Origin: Ophelia neglecta
Lineage: Eukaryota
Direction of reading: 5' to 3'
Length of the DNA stretch: 64,000 nt
NCBI GenBank assembly: GCA_965285935.1
Contig: OZ260662.1
Span: 65,162,001 to 65,226,000 of the forward strand
Program-made: the position numbers and the translations under genes
The notes under the pieces: generated by a model
What the model saw: the letters and a program-made list of their open reading frames with translations, nothing else
Told to the model about the DNA's origin: nothing
Database searches by the model: none
Part shown: positions 1-12,407 of the stretch, in pieces
How positions within the stretch are numbered: the first letter of the stretch is position 1
Layout of the letters: each line of letters opens with the position of its first letter

Positions 1-360
1 GGGTTTCCCCTGGTAGTTTACTCAAACGGGGTATGTCATTCAGGGAACCTCAACACGCAGGGTACGTCAAACAAGGTAACTCGGAGAGGGCACCTCATTC
101 AGGGCACTATGAACAGGGTACCTCCAACAGAGTACGTCGAACAGGGTACGGGCAAGGGGTGGTTATCAGTTCTAAGTCTTCAAAACTGGTAGGCATACCT
201 TAAACAGAATATCACACTCATGGTACCTAAACAGGGTATCCTTCCTCGGTGCGGACAACTCATAAAAGGGGAATCAAAAAGGAGTACCTGAACAGTGCAC
301 CTCTAGTAGAATGCTTCAAACAGAAGACTTCAAACAGGGTACTTAGAACAGGGTAGGGCG
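1..360. repeat. Degenerate 14-bp minisatellite (consensus about TCAAACAGGGTACC) in a gene A intron
   Basis: Units such as tcaaacaaggtaac, atgaacagggtacc, tcgaacagggtacg recur with about 14-bp period. Confidence 0.75.
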
Positions 361-514
361 AATATGGTTTCGCAAACACGATTAAATAATGAGCGTGATT
401 ATCGGAAGTTTACAAACATGGAACTGGGGACTTTGCCTTATTAAGGGACCTGATATGGTATAGGAAGGAAATTCCTTGTTAGAGAGTAGACTCATCCGGG
501 TGGGGACGACTGAC

Positions 515-637
515 CTGAGTCCTTGCCATGCGGATGGCATCAGCGGTGTTGGTGGTACCGTATCTATACTGAATTGCATCCACGCGATCTCTAACATCTG
601 CTCGGTTCTCCGAACCAACGTTCAAATCGAACTCTAC
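515..637 (-). CDS. Gene A exon: VWA2 (VEFDLN...[18 protein letters not shown])
   Basis: TTNTADA motif shared with VWA2 of B and C; phase 0-0; gene continues beyond the window. Confidence 0.85.
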
Positions 638-3600
638 CTGTTGATAAACACAGATGTTTGTAGTTAAATAGTAACATAGCTAATATCCAATTCAGTTCGG
701 TAAATATGGAGCAGTCTTTTATTGTCTTTTATTGATCAGCAGGCCTTTAAATTGTCCGGCAAAAGGAGTCAATTCTAGGATAAGCTTACGAATAACGACA
801 ATGTTAACATAAGGTGATAAAACATACCCTGGCCTCGTCATTGAAGGTAACAACAGCTATTTTAGCATTGTCAGGTCCTACATTCACGTTCTCGATTAAG
901 GTATCGAAAAACTTCTTGATTTCGTCAAAGTTTTCTGGTCCGACGGAACCGGAAGAGTCAAAGATGAATACTAAGTCCGCGTCATTCTGACACGCTGGAA
1001 AATTACATATGTTCTTTTGCACATTTTCAAACAGTGTTCATCGTTTGGAAACTATATTTTAAAGACATATTGATATATGTTTATATAAAAATTGAATTAA
1101 TCTTTACCAGCGACGGCCTCACAAGCAGCAGCCACCAGTTGTTGTTCGATCATTTCTAGGGCGTCGAAACTCTCCACGTTGAAGACATAATCCAGGTTGC
1201 CGATCGGTTCATTGCCAATCGCCACCAGCTCGTCTTGGTTTAATTGATCACCAATACCAATAGCAAACATCAAGATACCTGCTCATTGAAAAATCATTAG
1301 CTTAGGTCAACACTCTCTATAAATACACAATGTTGTTTAAACACCAGTATTTATCAATACTATTATACAAATTTATTTTTTTTTCTCCGCAAGCGAAGAG
1401 TGCATGTAGTGAAATGATATCTAAAAACATGAAAAAAAGAAAAAAAAGAAAATTATAAAAATAATATGCTAAACAAAACAAAGAAAAATGTAGACAATCT
1501 AGAATGGAATACCGAAAAATAATGAGACATAGTCACAAAATTATAACGATGCCACGAGATATGGACATTAGTGGCTACCTTCCCCTAAATAGATTACTTT
1601 CACACATCGAACACCCTCGCATGCACTACAATTCTTGAAAAACCATAACGGTGGCTGGGTTTTAAAATTAATTTTTCATATTAACAAGGACTGCAGGTGA
1701 TGTTAAGTCGGGCACCTCTGTCCCTGGCCTTGTCCGCCTCCTGGACGGTCAGTTCCTGGTCTCGGTTCGACTCCCCGTCAGTGACCACGATGCCGATGTT
1801 AGGGATACCTTGTCTGTCCCCTTTCTCCTCGGTAAACATGATATCGTACATGGTACGTATGCCTCCAGAAGTGTTGGTCATCTGACGGATAAAAACCATC
1901 AGGGTTGCAATTTTATGTACACATATCAATATTTTAATGGTACTTTGTCTACATATGCAAATGATAGTAACAGTTTTTGATACAAACTAGATGGGTCTAC
2001 ATATGCAAATGATAGGAACAGTTTTTGATACAAACTAAATGGAAGTTGTGTTCGTTAATTTCTTGAACTTTTATCTAGATCTCAGAAAATCACAATAAAA
2101 GGTGTGCTTTAAATTTAAATCATTAAACCTTCGTATCCAAGGGGTTAATTTGGGAAGAGGCAAACTGACCTGATCTTTCCATGGGATCAAGTCGATGGCA
2201 TCGGAAATCTCGGCAGCCGTGACGAAGGAATTGAGATGGAATTGAATGGAAGCCTCGTTCCCGTAACTAACCACGCCCACTCTAAGAGACGAATACACAA
2301 ACGCTACTTTAAGTAGGTTCTCCAAAAAAAAATCAAATTTTAACAAAATAATAGTGAGTTTTGTTTACACAAATTAAATAATTGTTGTATTGGCAATTAG
2401 AGCATATAATGTTCCTTCGAACATTGATGTTAGAATATTTTGAAATTCATAGGCCTATAGGGCCCTAAGTACGTTTACAACTATACAGAATGAAGCAATG
2501 ATAGAAAGTTTCACTGAAATGACCTGATTCCGAGGTCTCCGACTTCGAAGGCGTTAACCATTTGCTTGGCAAAATCGAGCACCTTAGGCCAGTTATTAGT
2601 GCCGATGGAGCCGGAGGAGTCGAGGACCAGGACGATGTCTGCCTGGTTACAATCCTCCGGGGCATCGTCCACGGGCGCCTCGTTCACCAGGGAGGGAACT
2701 ACATGGTTAAAAAAATAAAAACACACCCTGTATAGACAAACCACTGGATCTTATAAAGAACTATTAAAATCGGATAATTATTATATTTTAGTTCTATCTT
2801 TTCTTACCGATGGGTAACTAAGAGGGCCATCACCAGGCATGCAACAATCAGCAAAATATACTTGCTGACTACTCAATTATTGGTATTAGGTGAAATTATA
2901 AAGCAAATACAAGGGGCAGACAGAAAAGGGAGCTGGTCACAAAATAATTAAGGGCATTCAAATTCCGGATCCACAAACAAATTGACATATTTTTCACACT
3001 TTTTGTTAATTATCAACTGGTATTCACGTGCAATAGCAAGTACCATATTCTTGTTTCACGGGGAAAAAGTCTTCATTCAGGCGTCATGAAATTTTCCCCT
3101 GCCCCCTACCAGAATAAGTTTTGTCGATATTTTGTCCGCAAAAATATCTAGGTAAAGACTGGCTGACGTCTAGTGAAGGTTTGAAAATAGGCCTACTCTG
3201 AAAGTGGGTCAACTATCAGACTTAAAAAAGCTCCTGGCTATGGTAAGTAGCGGTTTTTGTATTTTTAGAAATCGGATCGATGGCTTTGCGAACAGGTTGT
3301 TGGTTGTTTTACCAATTAAGCCAGGAAACAGGTGACACTCTCGCTAGAGCCTTCAGTTAAGACTTTATCAGAATGTACATTATTTTTGGCTAGTAGTGCA
3401 ACATTTTGATTCATGTTTTATCAGTTTATTCTTATTATCATCACAATCGTAATGTGTTTATATCATTTGTGGATTGGCAAAGTGGATTTCATGAAATAAA
3501 GTGTGCCGAGTTTTCAGTTCTGGTGATTTGTACAGCCAGTCAAGTGTCTGTGGTATTAGAAATGGTTATTACATTTCGTAGTCAAAGTCAGCAAAAGTTA

Positions 3601-6161
3601 GCCCCCGAAGTTAAGATATGATACTGGAAGAAACAAATCCACCAGGTCAACATTCTGAAGAAACAATCTGGTTAGAAAAAAACGAATATACAAAATTTGA
3701 CCTTGACATGTCAAAGAAATAATCTGGGCTAATATTGGGGAGAAAAATAATTTGAACAATGACGTTATTCTAATGCATTTTTGGGTCTCATTGTTCCACC
3801 GCACAAACATGCAGGATTATTTCAGGATAATTATATGGGAGTTACTGTTGACTATCTGACCGGTGCTAATGGCCGATTACAGCTGGAGGTAGTGTAGTTC
3901 ATGGATAATTGTAAATAAAACGCTCTGGCATTTATGCACTATGTATAATTGTAGTGCAAATGTAGGCATCTGAATTCTGAAATATTGGGTAACTTTTCTT
4001 AAAGTGACAAATGAGTTTAATAATTTGTCTAGTTTCTAGGACATTAATCAGGGTATGTATAGTCAAGTCAGTTACACCGGCCAGTTTTCTCTTTTCTCCT
4101 GACGGAAAAGTAGAGATGTATGGGCACATCATACAAAGTGTTAAGGGGGCACTTGTGATCAATTACCAACATTTAATTAATGTTGCGTCAGAACCAAATG
4201 TAATATTAAAAAGGACAACTGATTGTTGAGTACATAGAATTGACTGTTTATATATGCATAGTGCGGAAGAGTCGAAATCCACTTGGGAGTCATGATTATG
4301 TTAATCCTTACGCAAGCATCTACTAACAATTTACCACATTTTCGGCTAGGGGGATGTTAAACTGCGCTAGCCTTATATCAGGTTAATTCTTATGTGAAGC
4401 TAAAATTATAAGATTGCATGCTTGGCATTATATAATCACTTTTCATATATATATACAGTAAATGAGGCTGGCTATTGTTTTGGCTCCATCAAAGGTTACA
4501 AGTGAAAGATCTTTATTATAATCATGTGTGAACCGTAATGTTCAAGTCCAACTTAAATGATATTAAATACAAAGCAGTTAACTGGTGGAATAACATTGCT
4601 ATTTACTCAACCAAAATAGAAAAAACGTCCATCACTGGAATTTAGAACATTTTGTCAATTGTGTAAGATGCTTATTCAGGGATTTATGTTGGGATTGTTT
4701 TCGGTGAACAGAGATTGATCACCTGACGTAAGTCTCAAGTCTTTTAGAACTCAAGTTGAGGTTAAGTCCGGAAACAAACTCTGGCTTTCGCAGAATTTCT
4801 GGAAGTCTCACATTCCGGTGAAAGACAGGAAGGTATACAGAAGCAATAAGTACTTGCTGACTTGACCCAAAAACTTTCCTTCCTGTGCGAACACCATCCT
4901 TGATTCTACGTTGATTGCCTCACGGGCCGAATAGGGTCAGTTCATTCAAAGACAGCCAACCGTATGTTATTATGCAATTCGCAGTCATATTCACATTTAG
5001 ATATTACTTGTCTCTAATATTAATGTCCGATATGTTTCCAACTACCACAGCACACAAAATAGTACTTGGATAGTTTACAGAGAAGAAGTTCTATTTACAC
5101 CAACGTGACGCTGAGAGCAAAGTTTAAATCCTTTAAGCCGACGCCGAATTAAAGAACACGTTTTTAAATGATGAGCCAGAACAGTGTTAGCGGAGTATAG
5201 GCTCCCATGCTTTCTAAAACACTATATACTTAGTTAGCCTTCTACAGGTAGACGGAACACATGAACACCTTTATTGGGAATATTTTTTTTGAAAAAGAGT
5301 CCTTAACCCTACGGGTCTTTTCACAGGGTTTAAGACCCCATTCACTATGTAAGTAAAGAAATAAAAGTAAGTTTCTTTACTCGAATTGGGTTCAAATTAT
5401 TGACATAAGGGCAATAACATCTTTTTTCTTTTCATTTTTATGAAAATAGAGGGGTTTGAATGCTTCATTAGGAGTCGTGACCCCTGAGAAATGTACTTTA
5501 GGTTTTTCGGCTTCATTTCAAAATATTCCCGTTAAAAGTTTTCATGTATTATGTCTATTTGCAAAAGGCCAGCTTATTAACAACTTGTCAAAATTGTTGC
5601 CCATTACATCATGAAAGCATGGGAAACTACTCCCATAAGTAAACTGATTGGCCTGTCGGGGCCAATTCAAACATAATCGAAACGACATGATTGGTTAATG
5701 ACTTAAATCCAAAATAGGCTTTTCGTCATAGTGAGGCAATCCCAAATTCAGTTAATTTATTCGGCTATGTGGCAATAAATAATTGGCGAATTGATGGGTA
5801 TTAATATATTTGATCAACTATACTTATGTTTCCATTTAAAAATGCATTTTAAGAATTACAACATAGAATTGTGTTATGAAGATATATAATATGCTCATGA
5901 TTAAAAAGTGTGAAGGGAATTTTATATCGTACATTGAAGCACACGCCCGCAGAAAAAAGTTTATAAGACACAGTTTAACATGAAACATAGATTATCAATT
6001 GGCAATTTATGAGATATATGTGTAAAGTTACCTTGTCTTTTCTGTCTGTTGAGTTGGATTACCCTGTCGGTCAGCCTTCCAACTGGGTTGCATTTAACCA
6101 CGACCAGTAGGCACAAAGCTACCAAAGCCGCACCCCTGAACACTACTCGACACGCCGCCAT
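515..6161 (-). CDS. Gene A (3'-truncated by window edge): secreted VWA/EGF multidomain protein paralogue; visible part = signal peptide, furin-site propeptide, VWA1, first half of VWA2. join(6161..6032,2698..2524,2281..2170,1881..1716,1278..1108,994..828,637..515,...)
   Basis: Seven GT-AG-bounded exons join in frame. MIDAS DSSGS...TNT...TDG in VWA1 and DSSGS...TTNT in VWA2. Colinear with genes B and C. Confidence 0.88.
828..994 (-). CDS. Gene A exon: start of VWA2 (CQNDADLVFIFDSSGSVG...NDEAR)
   Basis: MIDAS DxSxS; phase 1-0. Confidence 0.9.
1108..1278 (-). CDS. Gene A exon: end of VWA1 (GILMFAIGIGDQLNQDEL...LVAAACEAVA)
   Basis: Not in ORF track; translated by hand; phase 1-1; closing Cys. 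Confidence 0.88.
1716..1881 (-). CDS. Gene A exon: VWA1 (MTNTSGGIR...GDR...IVVTDGES...)
   Basis: MIDAS Thr and TDG motifs; phase 0-1. Confidence 0.88.
1947..2042. repeat. 48-bp tandem duplication (intronic)
   Basis: gtctacatatgcaaatgatag(t/g)aacagtttttgatacaaacta(g/a)atgg x2. Confidence 0.9.
2170..2281 (-). CDS. Gene A exon: VWA1 (RVGVVSYGNEASIQFHLN...WKDQ)
   Basis: Typical VWA strand B/C motif; phase 2-0. Confidence 0.9.
2524..2698 (-). CDS. Gene A exon: acidic linker + start of VWA1 ([18 protein letters not shown]...)
   Basis: MIDAS DxSxS; AG/GT bounded; phase 1-2. Confidence 0.9.
5192..5633. mobile_element. Foldback/MITE-like element with long imperfect inverted repeats, in gene A intron
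   Basis: Left arm taggctcccatgctttc...acatgaacacctttattgggaatatttt matches the reverse complement of the right arm (tagtttcccatgctttc...acatgaaaacttttaacgggaatatttt); no ORF. Confidence 0.65.
6032..6161 (-). CDS. Gene A exon: signal peptide + propeptide MAACRVVFRGAALVALCLLVVVKCNPVGRLTDRVIQLNRQKRQ
   Basis: Hydrophobic core and RQKR furin site. AG acceptor at 6179-6180, phase-1 GT donor. Same layout as the first coding exons of B and C. Confidence 0.85.
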
Positions 6162-8199
6162 ACCTTCAGACTTGCTTCCTAAAAAAATCACGAAATAGTG
6201 TCAAATATCTGCCCCTGGGGTTTTGACTTTTTCGGTAGCCGAGATAGCACCTTTGATTTATCTAGACTGATCAATCTGAGCATTAGTGTAGGACTACGTG
6301 GGCAATACACTCTGGACAGATGAACGGGTTACAACAAATACCGACACCTGTAAATTTGCTTAGCTTCCATGAAGGTAAACATGAGGGAGTGGTCAAGCTA
6401 ACGAACAAATATGTAAATTTACGTAAGAAAGTTTGCATACAGTTAGTTTCAATGTGTCTGATAATTCCTTACATCAATTATTCAAGTTATTCCGGGCCTG
6501 GTAGACAAAACAAATATTGTGTAGTGAAACCAACTGGTAAATTGGAATGGCAGGTTTTGGTGGCGCGGAGGGATTTTGACTATTGGTGCGGTTGCAAATC
6601 AATACCACTGTGATATTAGATACAAGCATAATATATAGGTTATTGACTCAAATAATGGAAGTTATAGCTAACCGATGTTATAAATCAAAATAAATAAGTC
6701 AGGAAAACTTACTCGTCTCCCGAAAAAGTGACTGCCTACACCGGTATCCAATTGTAGAAAGAGTTGGTGGCTAGAAGGCGAGGTTGCGAAACAGGGAGCA
6801 ATGGGCTGGGTAATAAAGTCACCAACAGGTGGGTGAGAGATGTGGGGGATACACTGACCACCCGCGGATTTGGTGTTGTAGTGTCTACAGCCAGGTCTGT
6901 TGACCAATAGCCACCCCTCCCCCTCCCTACACGGCAGCAGTCATGCGAGACAAGAACAAGAGGATAGGTGAGTAATTCAGTGGCCAGTCAAAATTCCTTT
7001 GAACGGTATTCTCATGGGTCACTCAGTATTAAAGTCGTGTCAGCGTGAAGACCTTGGAAATTTAGTTACCTTTAGGTAGAATTCATGTTTGTTCAGCCAA
7101 ATTTACCTCCCCCTCTTTGAAGAGAAAAAAGAAGTGCATATTCAACAGAAAGATTTAAAATGTTCATCCAAACATCGAATCAAATAGATATAACATGCAA
7201 TTAAGTATCAAATAAATGCCTCTATATGGTGTTTTAACAATGGTCATTAGAAAAAAAGGTAAAAAGCAAAACAGAGCTGAATTACAAATTTAGAAGAACT
7301 GATGAACTTGCATGCAGGTTATTTATTTTAATGTTAGGGAAAAAGCACTTTTGAAAAATCTTAACTGTTCAGAAAAAGTGCAAAATGGGAATTTCCGCCA
7401 AGTAAAGTAGGCTAATTTAAAGAGTGTGTATTTGTCAACTTCGCATTTCCACGATTGCTAAGGTAACGTAGCTTGGTATCGTCGCAGGCCTACCAAGTCC
7501 CTCGCGTTCGCCGGGGACCCCCACAAACCTTTAAATTAAACTGGGACCCTAAAAATGTCAAATTCCCTTCAATAAAAAAAATACTGCACTAGAATCTAGC
7601 AACACAGTAGCCCCGTGAAGGTCGTTTCAATTGATCATGACATAATAATGACAGGAAATGTAGACTGATGAAACGTAGGCAAACATCGTAGGCAACATTA
7701 TTTTTTTTAAATGAGATTAGTTTTGATTATTTGCAAAAAAAAGACCTGATTATTTGCAAAAAAAAGACCATCTTTTTGCAAAGGTAGAATTATGTATTGA
7801 GAAGCTGAGTTAAATATTGGCACAGTGTGCGGACTCATTTCTTCTATAGTATTTTGAAAGAACCGTTGTTGGGACGATGTGGTCTACTTGATCGATTGTT
7901 GTATACATGAAGGTTGATGGTTTCCTTACTACGGACTATTAATTATTGCATACCCAATCGCTCATAGACGGATAACTCCTTCATTCACAACTAATATGGC
8001 CGCCATTTTGATATTTCAATTGAATGATTGAAAGTATAATCATGTAAATCATTAGTTTGAAATTGCCATATATGCAGGCCTATCAGAATTCTCAATTACC
8101 AAAAAGTCTCACATAGGGGTAACATTACTTTTTTAAACTAAAATAATACACTTGAATTATAATTTGTACAAATAATTAGAAAATGAATGTCATGTTTAA

Positions 8200-9062
8200 T
8201 CATTATTATTATTAATATGTACAATTTATTTTGCGCTTATTCCATAGTATGCTCATGAGCGCATTACAATACAATATGGTATGACTATAGAGAATAACAA
8301 TAAATTAAACATGAACTAGGCTGATACTAAGAAGATAATGGTAAAATAAGGATTTAAAAGAAATGATTAAAAGTGTCTAAATATTATACTAAATCAATCG
8401 TAGGCAATAGTAAAAAAGAGTGTTTTTTTAACTTTTTCTTAAAAACGTCCATCGATTAAGTATTCCGCAAATCAGGGGGGAGTGAGTTCAAGAGCCTTTG
8501 TGCAGTAAAATAAAATGCACGTTCACCGTAAGCTTTTGTATCGCACATGGGAACATCGAGGATCAACTTATCGGATGATCTAAGACAACGACTTGGTCTA
8601 TATGGCTGGATCAGATCACGCAGGTATGCTGGAGCTGTACCAGCGAGACATTTATGCACAAGAAGACACACCTTGTACTCAACCCGGAACTGAACTGGAA
8701 GCCAATGGAGCTGATAGAGGATTGGAGTGATGTTCTCTCTTCTTCCAACCTGCATCATAACCCTTGCTGCAGCATTTTGAATTCGCTGAAGCCGATCGGT
8801 TTTTGACTGGGGCAGCCCTAGAAGAAGGGAGTACAAATTGTCAACACGTGAGGTGACGTAAGCATGAATTAGGCTGCACTTCTTTATAGAGACTGATTGT
8901 TCGCGAGGAGACAAGATACGAACTAAACCATTCCAATGCAGTGCCTGACACTCCAATCTGATTTGACAAGCGATACAGCAACAACCTGTGATCAACAGTG
9001 TCAAAAGCAGCAGACAGATCCAAAAGGCAGAGAAGAACAATCATGCGCTTGGAAGTTGTCAA
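8200..9062 (-). mobile_element. L2-clade LINE 3' fragment (decayed ORF2 reverse transcriptase + 3' UTR + (TAA)n tail)
   Basis: [13 protein letters not shown]...[14 protein letters not shown] and LQRIQNAAAR...ITPILYQLHWLPVQFRVEYK...LRS...YGERAF; frameshift and internal deletion; 3' stem tgcgct...agcgca followed by TAA repeats. Confidence 0.88.
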
Positions 9063-11838
9063 GTTATAAAATATGTACTACCCAACTAACGTTATTGGTT
9101 AAACAGTATTTTGGCGATGTAAGAATTTAAAATATTTACATTCTAATAAAAAACGAAAAAAAATAGCATTTGCCAATATTGCACACAGTATGGGGCCTTG
9201 GTGGACATTCTATATTTTTGGGAGAAGGGTTCAAGTTGTTTCACTCATTTTAAAGCAGTGCTTTTTTCCCCAAATTTATTACTAACACTACTAACGGTTA
9301 TACTACTTGCTGTAACCATTTGCATGCCATTGCTGTTTGAGCAATCTAAGATGAATAAATTGCAGCCGGTGCTTTTTTTTGTCTATTAATTGCTCTTATT
9401 TTCACTGCAACATTTCCGAGAATCAACAGACTACGGCCTGTGGGTTAGGGATCGCGTGACCGTCCTTCTATCCTTGCCCCCCCCCCCACCCACCCACCCA
9501 CCCACCCCACCCCCATCCCAAACCCCCGCCTTTAGTCATTTCAGATCTAACATGAATAGAACCTTCAACAAACTATAATATTTTATGTTTCTTTATGGAA
9601 TCGTAACAAAAGATATCCAGAAGAACGCATGGTACTTTATTCTGGCAAGCGTGCAGTGAACCTGGAGAAGGCGATAAGTGTACCCAACAATTAATCTTAA
9701 ATTATATAAAATACAGTATGTTGTTTAGTCCATTAATTGCAGAGGAAGCTTAAAAGTATCATGTGTCCAATTTACGGTTGACAGTACCAAGAACATTAAC
9801 GAATTAATGCGCCAATAATTACATATTAAATAGATAGGCAAAATTCCTCGAAAAGTGATAGACAAGCAATTAGCTGAACAAGAATGTGTAGCGCTTATTT
9901 GAGCATGGTTTTGTCCAAGTTGCTTTCCTTTATCCCAACTCTGACCATAAACAGGCGCAAAGATATTTTGATCAGTATATTTTTCGCAACAAAAAAAAAC
10001 TGATGCGTAGATTTTGGATTAAACCTTGTTCATTTATTATGTAAGCCTATATAATACTATATTCATATTTATTACATTTTAAAACTGGTATTCATGCATT
10101 AAAGATAATAATTACGCAGTAATGCTTTGCTAACAACCTGATCAATTGGATACTTGACTGATAATGTTATTAAGTCCAAAAATTATTAACATTTTATAAG
10201 AAAAGACAGGCAACCCATGAGGATAAATATAATACCACAATAAACAAACAAAGTTCGTATTAAATAGACAAGCATGTACGAATAACATCTGATTCAGTTA
10301 AATATCTGGCCGATAATAGGTTTGTACGAAAGGCGATGGGGTAGTGTCCTCTGTAAAATTAACATTGACTTATAACTATACATGACTTCGAAATAACAGA
10401 ACTGCCGTAGCATATCACGACCAAGTGATAAGGAATATAAATTTAACTTAAAGGTAAACGCACAATAACACACCAAAGTTTGTAACATACCAGTACAATT
10501 GTGATTACGTTTTCCAGAGCCGTAACACGGCAGTGCCAGTAATACCAACTGATGCCTCGGACATGATTGAAGACATCCAAACTCGTACAAACCATATGAC
10601 ATTTTATTTTATAAAAGAAGATGTTACTCTCCTTATTTGCTTACATTTTAGCACTACAATGAAACCTGACAATCAGGGACAGCCAAGGGAAATTTTTCCT
10701 CTTTTGTCAGCTGTCCTTATTTCACAGGTTACTTTACATGTAAATTATTACAACTGTACTAAAAACAATGTCATTAATAGTCAGTGTGTCCCTAAGGTGT
10801 CCTTTAGGCCAGGTTTTACTGTATGTACTTTTCTTGAATGTTCTGAAAATGTTTGCCGGTGTTATTTATTTGTTGGTTACACTTTTTCACGTATATTTTA
10901 AGAATGCTTATTTGTATGTTCGTAAATAAAATAAATATATCAATCAATGGTCCTAAAGCAATGCAATGCTTACTGGACAGTGCAAACATTACAATAGATG
11001 GATGGTCAGCTTCACACTGCTAAATGCATACACTTAATACTATGTCTAGATTTACTGACAATAATTTCTTATTCAATCGCACAAATACTTTATGATTCCA
11101 TGTCTCATGACAGGTCAATCTTAACTTTGTTTCGTTAATTGATTTCATACTAATATGCATAATCACATGAGAGTGTAAATCCTGATACCAATGGTGGTGA
11201 CATATTTTCATTATTATCCCTTGCATCGCGCTCAGTATCCATGATAGAAAATATAACACAGCTTATAGATTAACTATAATAAAACAATATAGGTCGGGCA
11301 TCAAATCTTGTATGAGAACTTCTTTTAGCCTGTATGTTGCCCTAAATTGTTGCATGGATAAAAAGTTTGCTATCTGTGGCTTGAATGTCCAAATCGAGCC
11401 TTTAAACGAGGTACGATTAGGCTGGTTTTTAAAACGCTATTGTGCCTTCGATAGAAATCATGTACTAGAAATATTTTGGATTAACTTTTAGTTTTGTACA
11501 TGGATGAGTGACCTCATATACATTTTTAAATAAATCTCTCCTAGCATGACCATTATCCGCAGTAGCTGATTAAGAAAGATATAATACCTAAGATGATGGA
11601 TTACTGGTTGAATTTTCAAGCTTCCTATATCTCCACCCTAATACCCTTTCTTTTAATATGTTAGCAATCTTCAAAAGTGTACAGCCCATATAAGTTTGTA
11701 AATAGATTGATTGGCAAGTATAGATTATGTAAACTCTGTAATAAGCTACAATACTTATTTTGAGGTTAACATATAATTGATATGGTTGTGATAAGATGTG
11801 ATTATGGTTAACTATGCAATGAGTTGAGTGGTGACTGT

Positions 11839-12407
11839 TCATTGGCAGAGTTGGTCGAGGATTTGGTCGGCTACTGTCTGCAGCTCAGCCTCGCTCGGAA
11901 GTTGGAAGGTGTTATCGCTATCCGGGTCACTAGCTATTTCATTAACTTCACCCATGTCCATCCTGTTACCTATGCCGACGACCATCAATCGAATATTTTC
12001 ATTTTTAGCATTGTCTGCTTCAGTCATGGTCTCGGAACGTTTTATATTACTCCGGCCATCAGTCATAACAACAGCAACATTTTTAATGGTAGGCCTATCA
12101 CCGGCCGAGCTGGTAAATAGGTCAGTGCGCATACTCGCTAGACCACCCGCTGTATAGGTTCCATAAATGGTCATATCCTGTTTAAACGCGATAGCATTCA
12201 AAACTTCTAATTGCTCACTGTATGTGTTGAGCTGAAACTCCACTTTAGCAGAGCTCTGGAAAGTCACGACACCCACTCGTGTTCTTCCACCCACAAAATT
12301 TAGGCCCATGATGATTTTTTCAGTAAGCATTTGAGCCAACTCAAAACGCAATGCTACACTTCCAGAAGCGTCTAGCACGAATGCGATGTCCAGGGAATTC
12401 GTGCATC
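11839..12407 (-). CDS. Gene B terminal exon: VWA5, ends LCQ-stop
   Basis: DASGS/T/TDG; 569 nt, same length as the terminal coding exon of gene C. Confidence 0.93.

Noticed and set aside
1-360. CRISPR-like reading of the repeat arrays
   Set aside because: Eukaryotic intron-containing DNA; tandem degenerate units without unique spacers or cas genes.
7070-7230. Candidate first non-coding exon and promoter of gene A; also a YY1-like GCCGCCATTTTG near 8000
   Set aside because: Weak TATA and two alternative donors; cannot be distinguished from background or repeat-derived motifs.
11824-12120. YADD motif in a plus-strand ORF suggesting reverse transcriptase
   Set aside because: Chance match antisense to the VWA5 exon; no other RT motifs.
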